IMG/VR virus record: IMGVR_UViG_3300042691_025398
Coordinates: 1-55,813 of that record
From: a virus
Taxonomy: Duplodnaviria; Heunggongvirae; Uroviricota; Caudoviricetes
Reading direction: 5' to 3' (one strand)
DNA length: 55,813 nt
Every line of letters starts with the position of its first letter. The first letter of the stretch is position 1. The notes beneath the pieces are model-generated. The model saw only the letters and a list, made by a program, of their open reading frames with translations. It was not told where the DNA came from and searched no databases. The position numbers and the translations under genes are program-made. Below, in pieces: positions 45,019-55,813 of this stretch.

Positions 45019-48000
45019 TGGCACAAGTTCGTTCGGTAGATTTCTTACCTGAGATTTTTCAAACCAAAACCAATAGACAGTTTCTAGGTGCCACTCTTGA
45101 TCAACTGATTCAAGAACCTGCGTTGAAAAAAACACAAGGCTTTATTGGACGTAAAATCGGTCCTGGTGTCAATCCCACTGGAGCCAGATACGTAGTAGAA
45201 CCAACCAAGCAACGTGCAGACTATCAACTTGAACCCGCAGTGGCTATCAAGTTGCCTGACACCGACACCGTGGTTGATGCTATCACTTATCCAGGCATTA
45301 GAGACTCTTTATCTTTGTCTGGCGCCTTGATAGATCGCAGTGACAGATTGTACAGCAGTCAATATTATGCTTTTGATCCCTTGGTTGATTACGACAAATT
45401 GGTCAACTATAGCGAATACTATTGGCTGCCCACTGGCCCACTTTCAGTTGATGTCAGTGGCGGTACTGTTGCTATCCAAAACACTATCGCTGTCACTAGA
45501 AATAACAATTTCTACAGCTTTGCCGGCCAGCTGGGACAAAACCCCACGCTGACCTTGGTTCGTGGCGGCAGTTACAAATTTCAAGTGGCACAAAATCTAG
45601 TTGACACTGTGAACTATCGTGTGACCAATCAAGGCAATCGTGCTTATGTGATTGACTATGCGATAAATCCTGCTCTGACCTTGGTTCGTGGTAACACATA
45701 CATTTTCACACTGAGCATCACTGGTAACTTCCCATTTTGGATCAAGACTGTGGCCAGTACTGGCCTGGTCAACGTCTACAACAACGGTGTGACCAATAAT
45801 GGTGCTACACAAGGCACAATAAGTTTTACAGTACCTCAAGATGCACCTGACACGCTGTTTTACAGCTCGCAGACCAGCGATCAAATGACCGGAAAGTTTA
45901 CCATCATTGATGGTACTCCTGGATCTGGACCCGGGTTCTTTATTCAAGCCGAACCAGGTGTAGATGGTAAAATGCCAACCACTCCAAACATCAGCAGTAG
46001 AGATGTGCTAGGAGTGATCAACAATGGTGAAGACCTTGGCACTGTGACATTCAATGTGCCAAACAAGACTGCTCAAAATTTCTACTATACGCTGACCGAA
46101 CTTGATCCTGTGAACTTGGTTAGTGACATACCCTACAGAGATATCAATCATGCCTATGTTGAAGATTTCTTTGCAAGATATCCTGACGGTATTGACGGCA
46201 TCACTGACCTTGATGGCAAGTTGATAATTTTCAACATTGGTAGTCTTGAGGGAGTGTTTCCCTTCTTGAATGATGCCGAAGCTGGCGGTTGGTTACGTGC
46301 TAGTTTTTACAGCCCAACACCTGACGACGATGAAAGACCCGGATATAATGACCGTCCGTTCTCTGAAGTTGAAGAAATCAACGATCTAGATGAACGTTAT
46401 AGTGTGTGGCAGATCAATTATATTACTGACTCTTCTGGACGACAGTATTTAAATGTTACCTCTGTACGAGATGTGGCAGAGTTTGAAAAGTTTAGAATTC
46501 TTGAAGGCACACAGTACAGCAGCACTCAGTGGTATAGAAACGATGATGGTTATTTTGAACAAATACCATTGCTCACCGCGGTGCTTGATACCCTATATTA
46601 TCAAGACAGTCTTGATCCGCAGTTGGTGGGCGAGTTGAGATTGATTGATCCTGAGGATGCCAGTGCACTGAATGTAAACAACATCATAGGTGCAAAACAG
46701 TACACCAGTCCAAATGGCATTGCTTTCAGTAACGGTTTGACTGTGACGTTCCGTGGCGATGTCACGCCTGTTGAGTATCTTGATAACACCTACTATGTTG
46801 AAGGAGTTGGTGAAAGCATTGTTTTGGTTCCTATCACTGAAATGATCACACCAGAGCCTTATACAGAAAGTGTGTCAGTATCATTTGACAGCACACCATA
46901 TGATATTGGCAATTATGATGTGAGTAACAATCAGCCACTCACACCTGACTACATCACTATTAATCGTGCTAGTCCAGACAGAAATGCCTGGAGCCGCAGC
47001 AATCGTTGGTTCCATAGGCAGGTATTAGAAACTTCTGCAGAATTCAACAACAACTCTGCACTGCTTGATCTACAAAGCCGAGCTAGACGACCTATCATTG
47101 AATTCCGTTCAGGTCTCAAACTCTACAACTTCGGAACTTTCGGCAAGCGAGCAGTGGACGTGATTGACTTCACCACAACTGATGCATTTAGTGATGTCAA
47201 TGGTACTCCAGTGGGATTTATTGTTGACGGTTATAATCTTGTAAATGGCAGCAGAATTATCTTCGCTGCTGATACAGATCCGCGAGTAAGAAACAAAATT
47301 TACACAGTTGAATTGATCAGCCCAGACACTGTGAGTCCCGTGATCAAACAGCCAATCATCAATCTAGTGCCAGCCGAGGACGGCGAGGTGCTGTTTAATG
47401 ATGTGATTGTGTGTTTAAATGGCGTAGGGCGTAAAGGCGAAAGTTTTACTTTTGACGGAGAGTTCTGGGTACAAAGTCAGCAGAAAACCGGAGTTAACGA
47501 CCCGCCTGAGTTTGATATTTTTATCAATGACGTGAGTATTGGTGATCTCACACAATACTCTAGTAGCACGTTCACAGGATCAAAACTGTTTTCATACGGC
47601 ATTGGCAGTGGTGCAAATGACAATGTGTTGGGTTTTCCTGTTGAATATGTGACCATTAACAACGTTGGTGATATTGTTTTTGTAAACAATTATTATACAG
47701 ACACATTCTCTTATGTTAGAGATCGTCAAAGTATCACTGAATCAGTAGGCGAAGGTGTGGTCAGACGTTACACCTCTAGAACTGAGTATACAGATCAATT
47801 GGGCTGGGCAACTGCACCATATTCAAGTAAAACCTATCAACAGTTTGAATTCACATATCAAGGGCAACCTTTGCTATTGGATGTGAAAATAAATGAATTA
47901 GTAGTTGATTCAGATTTACCAAATCCTTACCCGGTTATCAAATTATACATCAGCGGTGTGTTTCAGGATCCAGGCACCTATTCTTACACTACCACTTCTG

Positions 48001-51000
48001 CCACGACCACTATCAACGTGCCCAGCACCGTGCAGCAGGATGAAAAAATCATTGTGCTGGTGCTCAGCGATCAAACCAGTGCACAGGCATTTTATCAAAT
48101 TCCAAGCAATCTGCAAAACAATGCTCTAAATCAAGAAGTCAGCAGAGTGACCTTGGGTACCATGCGTTCGCACTATGAAAGCATTTGTCAGAATCTCATT
48201 GATATCACAGGCAGCATAAACGGCGCAAACAACAGTCGCGATCTAGGTTATATTGCACGTTATGGCTTGAATATTTTGCAGCAGAGTTCGCCACTGACCA
48301 TGGCTGGTTACTTTTTGCGTGACCCAAATTACAATTTATTTGCCTCACTACAGTGGAACAGTGCGGAGTATGTGAAATTCAAAACGCAGATTCTAGATGC
48401 TGTGGCCAATCAAGAATGGGGCTCGGCCACTGCACCTGAAATTCTTACGTCAGTTATCAACACTATCAATTACGGTCGTACACAATTAAATCCGTTCTAC
48501 TACAGCGACATGTTACCGGCCAGAACGGTGTATGATCAAAACACCTATGTGTTCAGCCCAATCAGTCAAACCACTTTCAACACCCTACGTGTGTATGACT
48601 TTACGCAGAGTAACTACCAGGCTGTGTTGGTGTATGTGAATGGCCGACTTTTGACCATTAACAAAGACTACGTGGTCAGCGTTGATACTCCACAGTTGAC
48701 CATCACTCGACCATTGGAAATTGGCGATCAAATCGTGATTCAAGAGTATGCAAGCACTCTTGGCAATTTTGTGCCCAACACTCCTACCAAGATGGGTTTT
48801 TATCCTGCATTTCAACCTAGAATTTTTGTTGACACCACCTACAGTGAACCGCAAACTGTGATTGTAGGACATGATGGAAGTGTGACTATTGCGTTTAATG
48901 ACATACGAGACGAAGTATTACTTGATTTTGAAACTAGAATCTATAACAATCTTAAAATCAAGAGCGCTAGTCCCATTGATGCAACCAGTGTGGTGCCAGG
49001 ACAGTTTCGCTCTACTGATTACTCGTTAGCAGAAGTTAATGAAATATTGAGCACAGATTTCTTGGCCTGGGTTGGAACAAACAAAATTGATTACAGTATT
49101 CAGGCATATGATGTCAATAATGAATTCAGTTACAACTACAGTCGCAGTCAAGATCGTCTAACTGATCAAGCTTTACCGGTGGGTGCCTGGCGCGGTATCT
49201 ATTTGTATTTCTATGACACCATTAGACCGCATCAAGCACCGTGGGAGATGCTGGGCTTCAGCGAACAACCCTCATGGTGGGAAAACAGATATGGTGAAGC
49301 ACCTTATACATCAGAAAACCTGGTGCTTTGGGAAGATCTTGAACAGGGATTGGTTGCGGATCCTGCGGGCTTCTACGTGCTGCCTAAGTATGCAAGACCC
49401 GGATTGGTAGATGTCTTACCAGTGAACGATCAAGGCGAACTGTTGCCTCCTTTGGATGCTGTGGTTGGCTTATATAACAAACAGACTTTCCAACGCAGTT
49501 GGAGAGTAGGCGACGTTGGTCCAGTAGAGTATGTGTGGCGTACCAGTAGCAGTTATCCTTTTGCTGTGATGCGATTGTTGGCTTTGACCAAGCCAGCAGA
49601 ATTTTTCTCTCTGTTTGTTGATAGAGATCTGTACAAGTACAGTGCTGCGGTCAATCAGTATTTGTACCAAGGTAGAGACCGATTGTCTCCAGGCAATTTG
49701 GAAATCTACGGCGATGGTATCAGCAAAGCCAGTTATATCAATTGGATTGTTGATTACAACACTCATCTAGGCAACACCAAGACATCGCAGACTCTCAAGA
49801 TCAACCTGGCGAATATTGACGTAAGATTGGCATATCGCATGGCATCTTTCAGCGATCAAGCCTACATAAAAGTATATTTAGAAAAGCCAAGCCCAAATAG
49901 TCTTAACACCAGTTTGTTATTGCCCGATGACAGCTACGAACTGTTCTTGTACAAGAACGCACCACTGGCTCAGATCAAGTACAGTAGTGTAATGGTACAG
50001 AGGGTAACAGATGGTTACCAAGTGTTTGGCTACGATACACTAAATCCTTATTTTGATATTTTGGTTAGCAAAGTAGCTGGCCCAAAAATCAATGTATCAG
50101 CAGGCGGCACCACTGTGTCTGTAGCAGTTACATATACTGACACCATAGCTCAGGTTCCATATGGTTATACCTTTGCTAACAAAGACGCTGTGTGTGACTT
50201 TTTCTTCAGTTATGGTGCATTGCTAGAACGCGAAGGCATGATTTTTGACAGTGTTGAAAATGCCATAACCTTGAATTGGCCTCAAATGGCACAGGAATTT
50301 TTGTATTGGAGTAATCAAGGTTGGGGTCCTGGCAGTGTGATCAATCTCAACCCCACAAACACTTCACTGATGATCAGTCGTCCTGGTGCTGTGGTAGAAA
50401 GCATTGTTGAAAGAGACACCACCACTGGCGTTCAAGATCAAAACAAGAGAAAAATTTCAATTAATGATTTGGTTGTTGAACGTATTGATAATGATTTCAA
50501 GATCACATCATTAACCGAACAAACCATTAACTTTGTAGACCTAAAGTTTACCGCATACGAACACATCATGGTGTTCAAAAATGTTAGTGTGTTTGGCGAT
50601 CTGATTTATGATCCAATAACTGCTGCACGTCAGGGAAGAATCCAACTGATTGCCGCTACTAGTACTGACTGGAATGGTCAACTGGATGCCAAGGGCTTTA
50701 TCCTCAACCAGGACAATATTGTTGAGTGGCAGCCTAATGTAAAATATACCAAGGGACAAATAGTTAAGTTCAAGAACCAATATTACAGTGCATTGACCAT
50801 TGTGCAGCCTAAACAAAACTTTGAGTATGCTGATTGGACCTTGAGTGATTATACTCGTATACAAAAAGGCCTGTTGCCTAATCTAGCCAACAAGGCTGAT
50901 CTAATACAACAGACCTATAACACCGCAGGTGCAAATCTTGAACGTGATCAAGATCTATTGGCCTATGGATTGATTGGTTTTAGACCTAGAGAGTACATGG

Positions 51001-54000
51001 CAAATCTCAACCTTGATGATGTTAGTCAGGTTAATGTGTACAAACAGTTCTTGAGTACCAAGGGCACGAAATTCAGTGTGGATCTGTTTGGTAATGCCAG
51101 CTTTGACAAAGAAGTTGCAGATTACAAGATATATGAAAACTGGGCTGTATTAAAAGGTGTGTATGGTGCTCAGGCCAATAGACGCTTTTTTGACATGCGA
51201 CTGAATCAAGCAGATTTAAATTCCAATCCCAGCACGGTTCAAGTGATAGAGCCTTTTGAATTTTCCATAGCGGATCAAACCATTCAAGTGGACGATCTAT
51301 GGAGAGCCAGCTGGAACGTTACTTCACCTGATATTCTTCCAGTTGCTCCTAATGCCCGACGCGACATTGATTTACCCAGCGCCGGCTATGTGAATCTTGA
51401 CGATGTAGACATAACAGAATTTGATGCCGTTGAAACCACTAATCTCAACGCCAACATTGACAGCATTGGTGTAGGTACCACGGTTTGGATTGCCAAGGTC
51501 AATAGCTACGATTGGGATGTGTTTAGATGCAGTGCAGTGCCCGGATATGTGTCTACTGTAACAGAAAACTACAATGGCACCTGTGTGCTTGATTTTACTC
51601 AAACTCACGATCTACAACCCAACGACATCATTGTAATCAAGTCTTTTTCAACTGAAGTTAATGGTGCTTATCGTGTGCTTGAAGTGCCATCAATTACCAG
51701 CGTGGTGATTGCATTTACCATCACAACAGATCAAATACAAATATTAGGCGAAGGTGTGTGTTTGGTTTTAGAAACAGTGCGTGTGGATCAACCCAGCGAC
51801 ATTGCTGATCTGCCCTATCTAAATTCAGTCACAGCTGAATCTTTAATTTGGGTAGACAATGACGGCGAAGATCACTGGGTGGTTCTAGAAAGAACCGAGC
51901 CATTTGTGTTTAAACAACGCCTTGATCCTATTCGTAACACCAATGCCTACTGGTCAAGTGCTGTGGCACAAAGACAAGACAACATTGTTATGTTGAGTTC
52001 AGCACCTGGTGCTGGAACCGGCATTGTATACCAATACGGTGTAAATCCCGCAGGCAACTTGATTGGCGGCGGCGCAGTGAGTTTGAATGCAACACAGGTC
52101 AGCAACTTTGGTGCATCGCTTGTGATTGGTAACAACAACTGGGGCGCAGCAGGTGCGCCTAACAGTTTTGCCGACGTTGGCTACGCAACTGTGTTAAATT
52201 ACAGCGGTGATCAAGAGGCTTTCTACATCAGCCAGCTGCTTATAGGTTTGGATCAACCGGGCACAGGAAAATTTGGCTCAAGTCTAGCCATGAGCAAAGA
52301 CGAACGCTGGTTGTATGTTGGCGCCCCAGAAAGAAACCGAGTGTATGCATACGGTCAGGTACCAGTGCCCAGCCAATTTGACACTTATCCAACTGATGGC
52401 ACCACACGACGCTTTAGTATTGCCAACATACAATACAACAATCCATTGCAAATTTACGTTGAAGTTTCAGGACGACCCCAAAGATACAATGTTGATTACA
52501 CAGTGGGCGGAAACTTCATTGAATTCATTGTGGCTCCGAGCAAAAATCAAACTGTAACCATAAATCGCAGACAAAGCGTACAGCTAGATTATTATGCCTA
52601 TTATGGAATAGCACCTAATTCCACAACCGGCATTGGTTTGAACGCAACGTTTGACATTGAGGTCATTAGAGGCGACTACGTTGTGAATTCAGCTGTGGCA
52701 GGAACCAATTACAGTATTGGTGAAGTGCTCACAATCAGAGGAACACAAATTGGTGGCGCAACACCAGCTGATGATTGTGTTATTACCATTACTGATGTGA
52801 CCTTTGCAGGCGCCATACTTGATTTTACTGTATCAGGTAGTGGATCTTCCACTGTTAATAGATTTGCTGTGCAGGAATATCTATTCACAGCCAAAAATAT
52901 CAATTCGGTGAGAGTTGAAGTTAATGGTGCAGTGCAAAGACCTAAACTGGATTATGAATGGTTAAAGAGCGATAGTTCACTGCCAGATAGCACCTTGAAT
53001 GATTACGATCTGGTGTTTGTGAACTCGCCTCCAGCTGGCGCTACCATCATGGTGTATGCGCAGACTTATTATGAACTCAGTGATGTAATCACATTGCCAG
53101 GACTTGAATCTGATGCTAGATTTGGTGCAGCCTTGGCTACCAATGAAAATGGAACTAGATTGATCATTGGTGCTCCTCAAGAAAACGCCGACGGTGTATT
53201 TTATTCAGGGGCCACTTATTTGTTTGAACGCCAAGCAGAAAGCAGAATCATTCAGACTGCATCTGAAAATCCAGTCACATTCACAACCTCTGGCAGTTTG
53301 AAATTACCTACGTCTGTCAAGGTGAACAACACCTTCTTGAACAACACAGCACAGTTTGGCACGTTTGATGACAACACTTTCACTGTGAATTTCACTGGTA
53401 ATCCAGAAAATCCAGTTAGTGTAACTGTAAATCAAGCTCTGAACATAGGTGATGAAGTTGAAATACAAACCAATCAATTTGTGTTTGTACAGAAATTTGA
53501 AAGCGAGGATCTTGAAGAACGCGGAGAATTTGGTAGAGCTCTGCAATTTGTTTTACAAGATAGTCAAATTGCAGTGGGCAATCCCTATGACAGTCATGGC
53601 AACGATATTCCGCAAGCTGGTTCAGTTAGATTGTTTGTGGACCAGGCAGCCAGTTATGGGACTATCACAAGCACACTTGCGAATCCTTCATTGACAGCAG
53701 GACACAATATACGCATTGATAATTTTATTGTGACTGTGCCAAATGCACCAAACAACACAGTTGCTGGATTGGCCGCTGCAATCATTGCAGCCAAAATTCC
53801 AAATGTGACAGCAGCAGCATCCGCTAATGGTTTACTAACAATTGATGTGATTAATTTTGCTGCTACCACACCCTTCCGCAGACTGTCTGTGATGCCAGGG
53901 TCAATTGGTAATGTGTACACGGCTCTTGGGTTTGAACCCATGCAGTATGTACAGAAAATTCTCAGCCCATACCCAACTGACGGTGCTAATTTTGGTTATT

Positions 54001-55813
54001 CAATGACCAGTTCAGCAGAGGATATCATTATTGGTGCACCTGGGGGTACGCCACACATTGCTGTGACATTTGACAATGGCACTACATTTTTTGACAGCGG
54101 CAGCACCACATTCTACACTGATCTAGTGCAAACAGGCGTGGCCTATGAGTTTGATTACTTGACATCGGCTAATGAAAGTCTGCTGAATCCTGGCAAGTTC
54201 CAATTTGGAGCACAGTTATTTGATTCAGACAGCGTGCAAAATGACGCATTTGGTACTGGATTAAGTCAGGCCTGGGATTACACCTTGATTGGATCTCCGC
54301 AGGCCACAGTAAGCACCACTACCAATAACGGCTCTTTAAGTGTGTTTGTGAATGCTGAAAGATTACCGTCTTGGGTGCCCAAGCGTATGGAAGTGCCCGC
54401 GGTGGATATTTACAGCTTGAACAGTGCTGTGTTATATGACAGACTACAAAGTCCAAAAACACAGTTCCTGGATTTCTTTAATCCGTTACAAGGCAAGATC
54501 TTAGGAGCTGCTAGAGAAAACATTGATTATATCACCAGTACAGATCCTGCTTTTTACAACACAGGATTGACCAATGTACAAGGCAACAGTTGGGGAAGAA
54601 ATCGTGTTGGTCAAATATGGTGGGATACCAGCACTGTGCGATATCTTGATGTGTCACAAGATGACCTTAGATATGCTAGCCGCAAGTGGGCACAGGTGTT
54701 TCCGGGCAGTAGAGTTGATATCTATCAATGGATAGAAAGTTCAGTACCACCGGCTGATTATACCGGACCAGGCACTCCATTAAACATTGTGGATTACACA
54801 GTTGAAGCCTCGCTGTCGCAGAACAGTAATTTTGTGCAAAGCTACTATTTTTGGGTGCGAAACACTGATACCATTTTACCTAAATCAGGCAAGAGTCTCA
54901 GTACCGCTGTGATATCACAGTATTTGGCCAATCCTATCAGTAGTGGTATTCCTTATATGGCACCGTTGTCTGCAAGCACATTTGCTTTTTACAACTGCGG
55001 TGCTTACATCAAGGCCTATGACACTATTTGTAGTATTGAGTTTGATCAGACACCAAATAATGACAACATTCATACCGAGTTCCAGCTATTGGCTGAAAAC
55101 AAGCCTCTGGCATTTCTAACAGCACCACTTTATAGAAAGCTACAGGACAGTTTTGCAGGACAAGATCAATCTGGACTCGCAGTGCCTGATCCTCAACTGC
55201 CACCAGCTGAAAAATATGGAGTACAGTTTAGACCACGCCAGAGCATGTTTGTTAATCGCTTTGGTGCACTGCAAAATTATATTGATAGAACCAATGCAGT
55301 GCTAGCACAGTTTCCTATTGCTGAAAGCCGTACCCTGACTTTGCTTAATAGTCAGGAACCAATACCGCCACAAACCGTGACCAATGGCAATCAAGTGATC
55401 ACCTACTGGAACATGACAGTGGCCAACCTAGAAGAACTGTCATGGCAGAATATCTTGATTGTGCCGGTGGGTTACAAATACCTGGTGTTAAGTGACAGCA
55501 ACAACGGCGGACGCTGGACCATTTATCAAACCGTGGTCAATAACAACATCTACAGCTTGCGTTTGTTACAGGTACAAAATTACCGTACAAATGAATACTG
55601 GCAGTATGTGAATTGGTACGCACCTGGGTATAATCCAGATACCACTCCCAGTATTGAAGTGCCATCTTACAGTGCTTTAATCGCACAAGAAGCCACAATT
55701 GGCACTGTGGCCTTGGTCACAGCCAATAGCCAAGGCAAGTTTGAAATCTATCAATTGGATGCTGCGGGTTGGAATCGTGTGGGTCTACAAGACGGTACCA
55801 TTGCAATATCTGA
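45018..55813 (+). CDS. Giant baseplate wedge/structural protein (gp7-like position), 3'-truncated (>=3598 aa)
   Basis: ATG 45018 overlaps the gp6 stop (MAQVRSVDFLPEIFQT...). The frame is still open at the window end (...RVGLQDGTIAIS) and no stop-bounded fragment in this frame appears in the ORF track. Contains FG-GAP-like repeats. Confidence 0.88.
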   Translation, partial: MAQVRSVDFLPEIFQTKTNRQFLGATLDQLIQEPALKKTQGFIGRKIGPGVNPTGARYVVEPTKQRADYQLEPAVAIKLPDTDTVVDAITYPGIRDSLSLSGALIDRSDRLYSSQYYAFDPLVDYDKLVNYSEYYWLPTGPLSVDVSGGTVAIQNTIAVTRNNNFYSFAGQLGQNPTLTLVRGGSYKFQVAQNLVDTVNYRVTNQGNRAYVIDYAINPALTLVRGNTYIFTLSITGNFPFWIKTVASTGLVNVYNNGVTNNGATQGTISFTVPQDAPDTLFYSSQTSDQMTGKFTIIDGTPGSGPGFFIQAEPGVDGKMPTTPNISSRDVLGVINNGEDLGTVTFNVPNKTAQNFYYTLTELDPVNLVSDIPYRDINHAYVEDFFARYPDGIDGITDLDGKLIIFNIGSLEGVFPFLNDAEAGGWLRASFYSPTPDDDERPGYNDRPFSEVEEINDLDERYSVWQINYITDSSGRQYLNVTSVRDVAEFEKFRILEGTQYSSTQWYRNDDGYFEQIPLLTAVLDTLYYQDSLDPQLVGELRLIDPEDASALNVNNIIGAKQYTSPNGIAFSNGLTVTFRGDVTPVEYLDNTYYVEGVGESIVLVPITEMITPEPYTESVSVSFDSTPYDIGNYDVSNNQPLTPDYITINRASPDRNAWSRSNRWFHRQVLETSAEFNNNSALLDLQSRARRPIIEFRSGLKLYNFGTFGKRAVDVIDFTTTDAFSDVNGTPVGFIVDGYNLVNGSRIIFAADTDPRVRNKIYTVELISPDTVSPVIKQPIINLVPAEDGEVLFNDVIVCLNGVGRKGESFTFDGEFWVQSQQKTGVNDPPEFDIFINDVSIGDLTQYSSSTFTGSKLFSYGIGSGANDNVLGFPVEYVTINNVGDIVFVNNYYTDTFSYVRDRQSITESVGEGVVRRYTSRTEYTDQLGWATAPYSSKTYQQFEFTYQGQPLLLDVKINELVVDSDLPNPYPVIKLYISGVFQDPGTYSYTTTSATTTINVPSTVQQDEKIIVLVLSDQTSAQAFYQIPSNLQNNALNQEVSRVTLGTMRSHYESICQNLIDITGSINGANNSRDLGYIARYGLNILQQSSPLTMAGYFLRDPNYNLFASLQWNSAEYVKFKTQILDAVANQEWGSATAPEILTSVINTINYGRTQLNPFYYSDMLPARTVYDQNTYVFSPISQTTFNTLRVYDFTQSNYQAVLVYVNGRLLTINKDYVVSVDTPQLTITRPLEIGDQIVIQEYASTLGNFVPNTPTKMGFYPAFQPRIFVDTTYSEPQTVIVGHDGSVTIAFNDIRDEVLLDFETRIYNNLKIKSASPIDATSVVPGQFRSTDYSLAEVNEILSTDFLAWVGTNKIDYSIQAYDVNNEFSYNYSRSQDRLTDQALPVGAWRGIYLYFYDTIRPHQAPWEMLGFSEQPSWWENRYGEAPYTSENLVLWEDLEQGLVADPAGFYVLPKYARPGLVDVLPVNDQGELLPPLDAVVGLYNKQTFQRSWRVGDVGPVEYVWRTSSSYPFAVMRLLALTKPAEFFSLFVDRDLYKYSAAVNQYLYQGRDRLSPGNLEIYGDGISKASYINWIVDYNTHLGNTKTSQTLKINLANIDVRLAYRMASFSDQAYIKVYLEKPSPNSLNTSLLLPDDSYELFLYKNAPLAQIKYSSVMVQRVTDGYQVFGYDTLNPYFDILVSKVAGPKINVSAGGTTVSVAVTYTDTIAQVPYGYTFANKDAVCDFFFSYGALLEREGMIFDSVENAITLNWPQMAQEFLYWSNQGWGPGSVINLNPTNTSLMISRPGAVVESIVERDTTTGVQDQNKRKISINDLVVERIDNDFKITSLTEQTINFVDLKFTAYEHIMVFKNVSVFGDLIYDPITAARQGRIQLIAATSTDWNGQLDAKGFILNQDNIVEWQPNVKYTKGQIVKFKNQYYSALTIVQPKQNFEYADWTLSDYTRIQKGLLPNLANKADLIQQTYNTAGANLERDQDLLAYGLIGFRPREYMANLNLDDVSQVNVYKQFLSTKGTKFSVDLFGNASFDKEVADYKIYENWAVLKGVYGAQANRRFFDMRLNQADLNSNPSTVQVIEPFEFSIADQTIQVDDLWRASWNVTSPDILPVAPNARRDIDLPSAGYVNLDDVDITEFDAVETTNLNANIDSIGVGTTVWIAKVNSYDWDVFRCSAVPGYVSTVTENYNGTCVLDFTQTHDLQPNDIIVIKSFSTEVNGAYRVLEVPSITSVVIAFTITTDQIQILGEGVCLVLETVRVDQPSDIADLPYLNSVTAESLIWVDNDGEDHWVVLERTEPFVFKQRLDPIRNTNAYWSSAVAQRQDNIVMLSSAPGAGTGIVYQYGVNPAGNLIGGGAVSLNATQVSNFGASLVIGNNNWGAAGAPNSFADVGYATVLNYSGDQEAFYISQLLIGLDQPGTGKFGSSLAMSKDERWLYVGAPERNRVYAYGQVPVPSQFDTYPTDGTTRRFSIANIQYNNPLQIYVEVSGRPQRYNVDYTVGGNFIEFIVAPSKNQTVTINRRQSVQLDYYAYYGIAPNSTTGIGLNATFDIEVIRGDYVVNSAVAGTNYSIGEVLTIRGTQIGGATPADDCVITITDVTFAGAILDFTVSGSGSSTVNRFAVQEYLFTAKNINSVRVEVNGAVQRPKLDYEWLKSDSSLPDSTLNDYDLVFVNSPPAGATIMVYAQTYYELSDVITLPGLESDARFGAALATNENGTRLIIGAPQENADGVFYSGATYLFERQAESRIIQTASENPVTFTTSGSLKLPTSVKVNNTFLNNTAQFGTFDDNTFTVNFTGNPENPVSVTVNQALNIGDEVEIQTNQFVFVQKFESEDLEERGEFGRALQFVLQDSQIAVGNPYDSHGNDIPQAGSVRLFVDQAASYGTITSTLANPSLTAGHNIRIDNFIVTVPNAPNNTVAGLAAAIIAAKIPNVTAAASANGLLTIDVINFAATTPFRRLSVMPGSIGNVYTALGFEPMQYVQKILSPYPTDGANFGYSMTSSAEDIIIGAPGGTPHIAVTFDNGTTFFDSGSTTFYTDLVQTGVAYEFDYLTSANESLLNPGKFQFGAQLFDSDSVQNDAFGTGLSQAWDYTLIGSPQATVSTTTNNGSLSVFVNAERLPSWVPKRMEVPAVDIYSLNSAVLYDRLQSPKTQFLDFFNPLQGKILGAARENIDYITSTDPAFYNTGLTNVQGNSWGRNRVGQIWWDTSTVRYLDVSQDDLRYASRKWAQVFPGSRVDIYQWIESSVPPADYTGPGTPLNIVDYTVEASLSQNSNFVQSYYFWVRNTDTILPKSGKSLSTAVISQYLANPISSGIPYMAPLSASTFAFYNCGAYIKAYDTICSIEFDQTPNNDNIHTEFQLLAENKPLAFLTAPLYRKLQDSFAGQDQSGLAVPDPQLPPAEKYGVQFRPRQSMFVNRFGALQNYIDRTNAVLAQFPIAESRTLTLLNSQEPIPPQTVTNGNQVITYWNMTVANLEELSWQNILIVPVGYKYLVLSDSNNGGRWTIYQTVVNNNIYSLRLLQVQNYRTNEYWQYVNWYAPGYNPDTTPSIEVPSYSALIAQEATIGTVALVTANSQGKFEIYQLDAAGWNRVGLQDGTIAIS

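Noticed and set aside
1-55813. Genome-wide TAG reassignment (genetic code 15)
   Set aside because: Very long structural ORFs (>=3598, 1136, 1015 and >=1599 codons) are intact under the standard code, and TAG acts as a normal stop for four genes. Only one credible internal TAG was found.

Overview
A 55.8-kb segment of a large T4-related tailed (myovirus-type) phage genome. It contains a minus-strand fibre/appendage operon with a subtilisin (1-12776), the head module (gp23 capsid, gp22, gp21, acidic core protein, gp20 portal), a tape-measure-like gene with a lytic transglycosylase domain, gp26/gp51-like baseplate assembly genes, a gp55-gp47-gp46-resolvase operon, and the baseplate cluster (gp48/54-, gp53-, hub-, gp5-, gp25-, gp6-like genes plus a >3,500-aa gp7-like gene running off the right end). 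(A/G)TAA(A/G)TA late-promoter motifs precede most late units. Family assignments come from motif recognition only; no database search was run. The most unusual signals are: (1) a small sigma70-driven cassette with an amber-suppressor tRNA (CUA), a lipoprotein missed by the ORF track, and a gene whose best start has an in-frame TAG at codon 3, in a genome that is otherwise not recoded; (2) a canonical -1 frameshift signal joining the gp26-like and gp51-like ORFs, resembling lambda G/GT tail chaperones; (3) a coupled DUF1415-like / ATE-Bpt-like aminoacyl-transferase / DUF6614-like module; (4) a ~330-nt multi-helix non-coding RNA candidate at 25800-26125.
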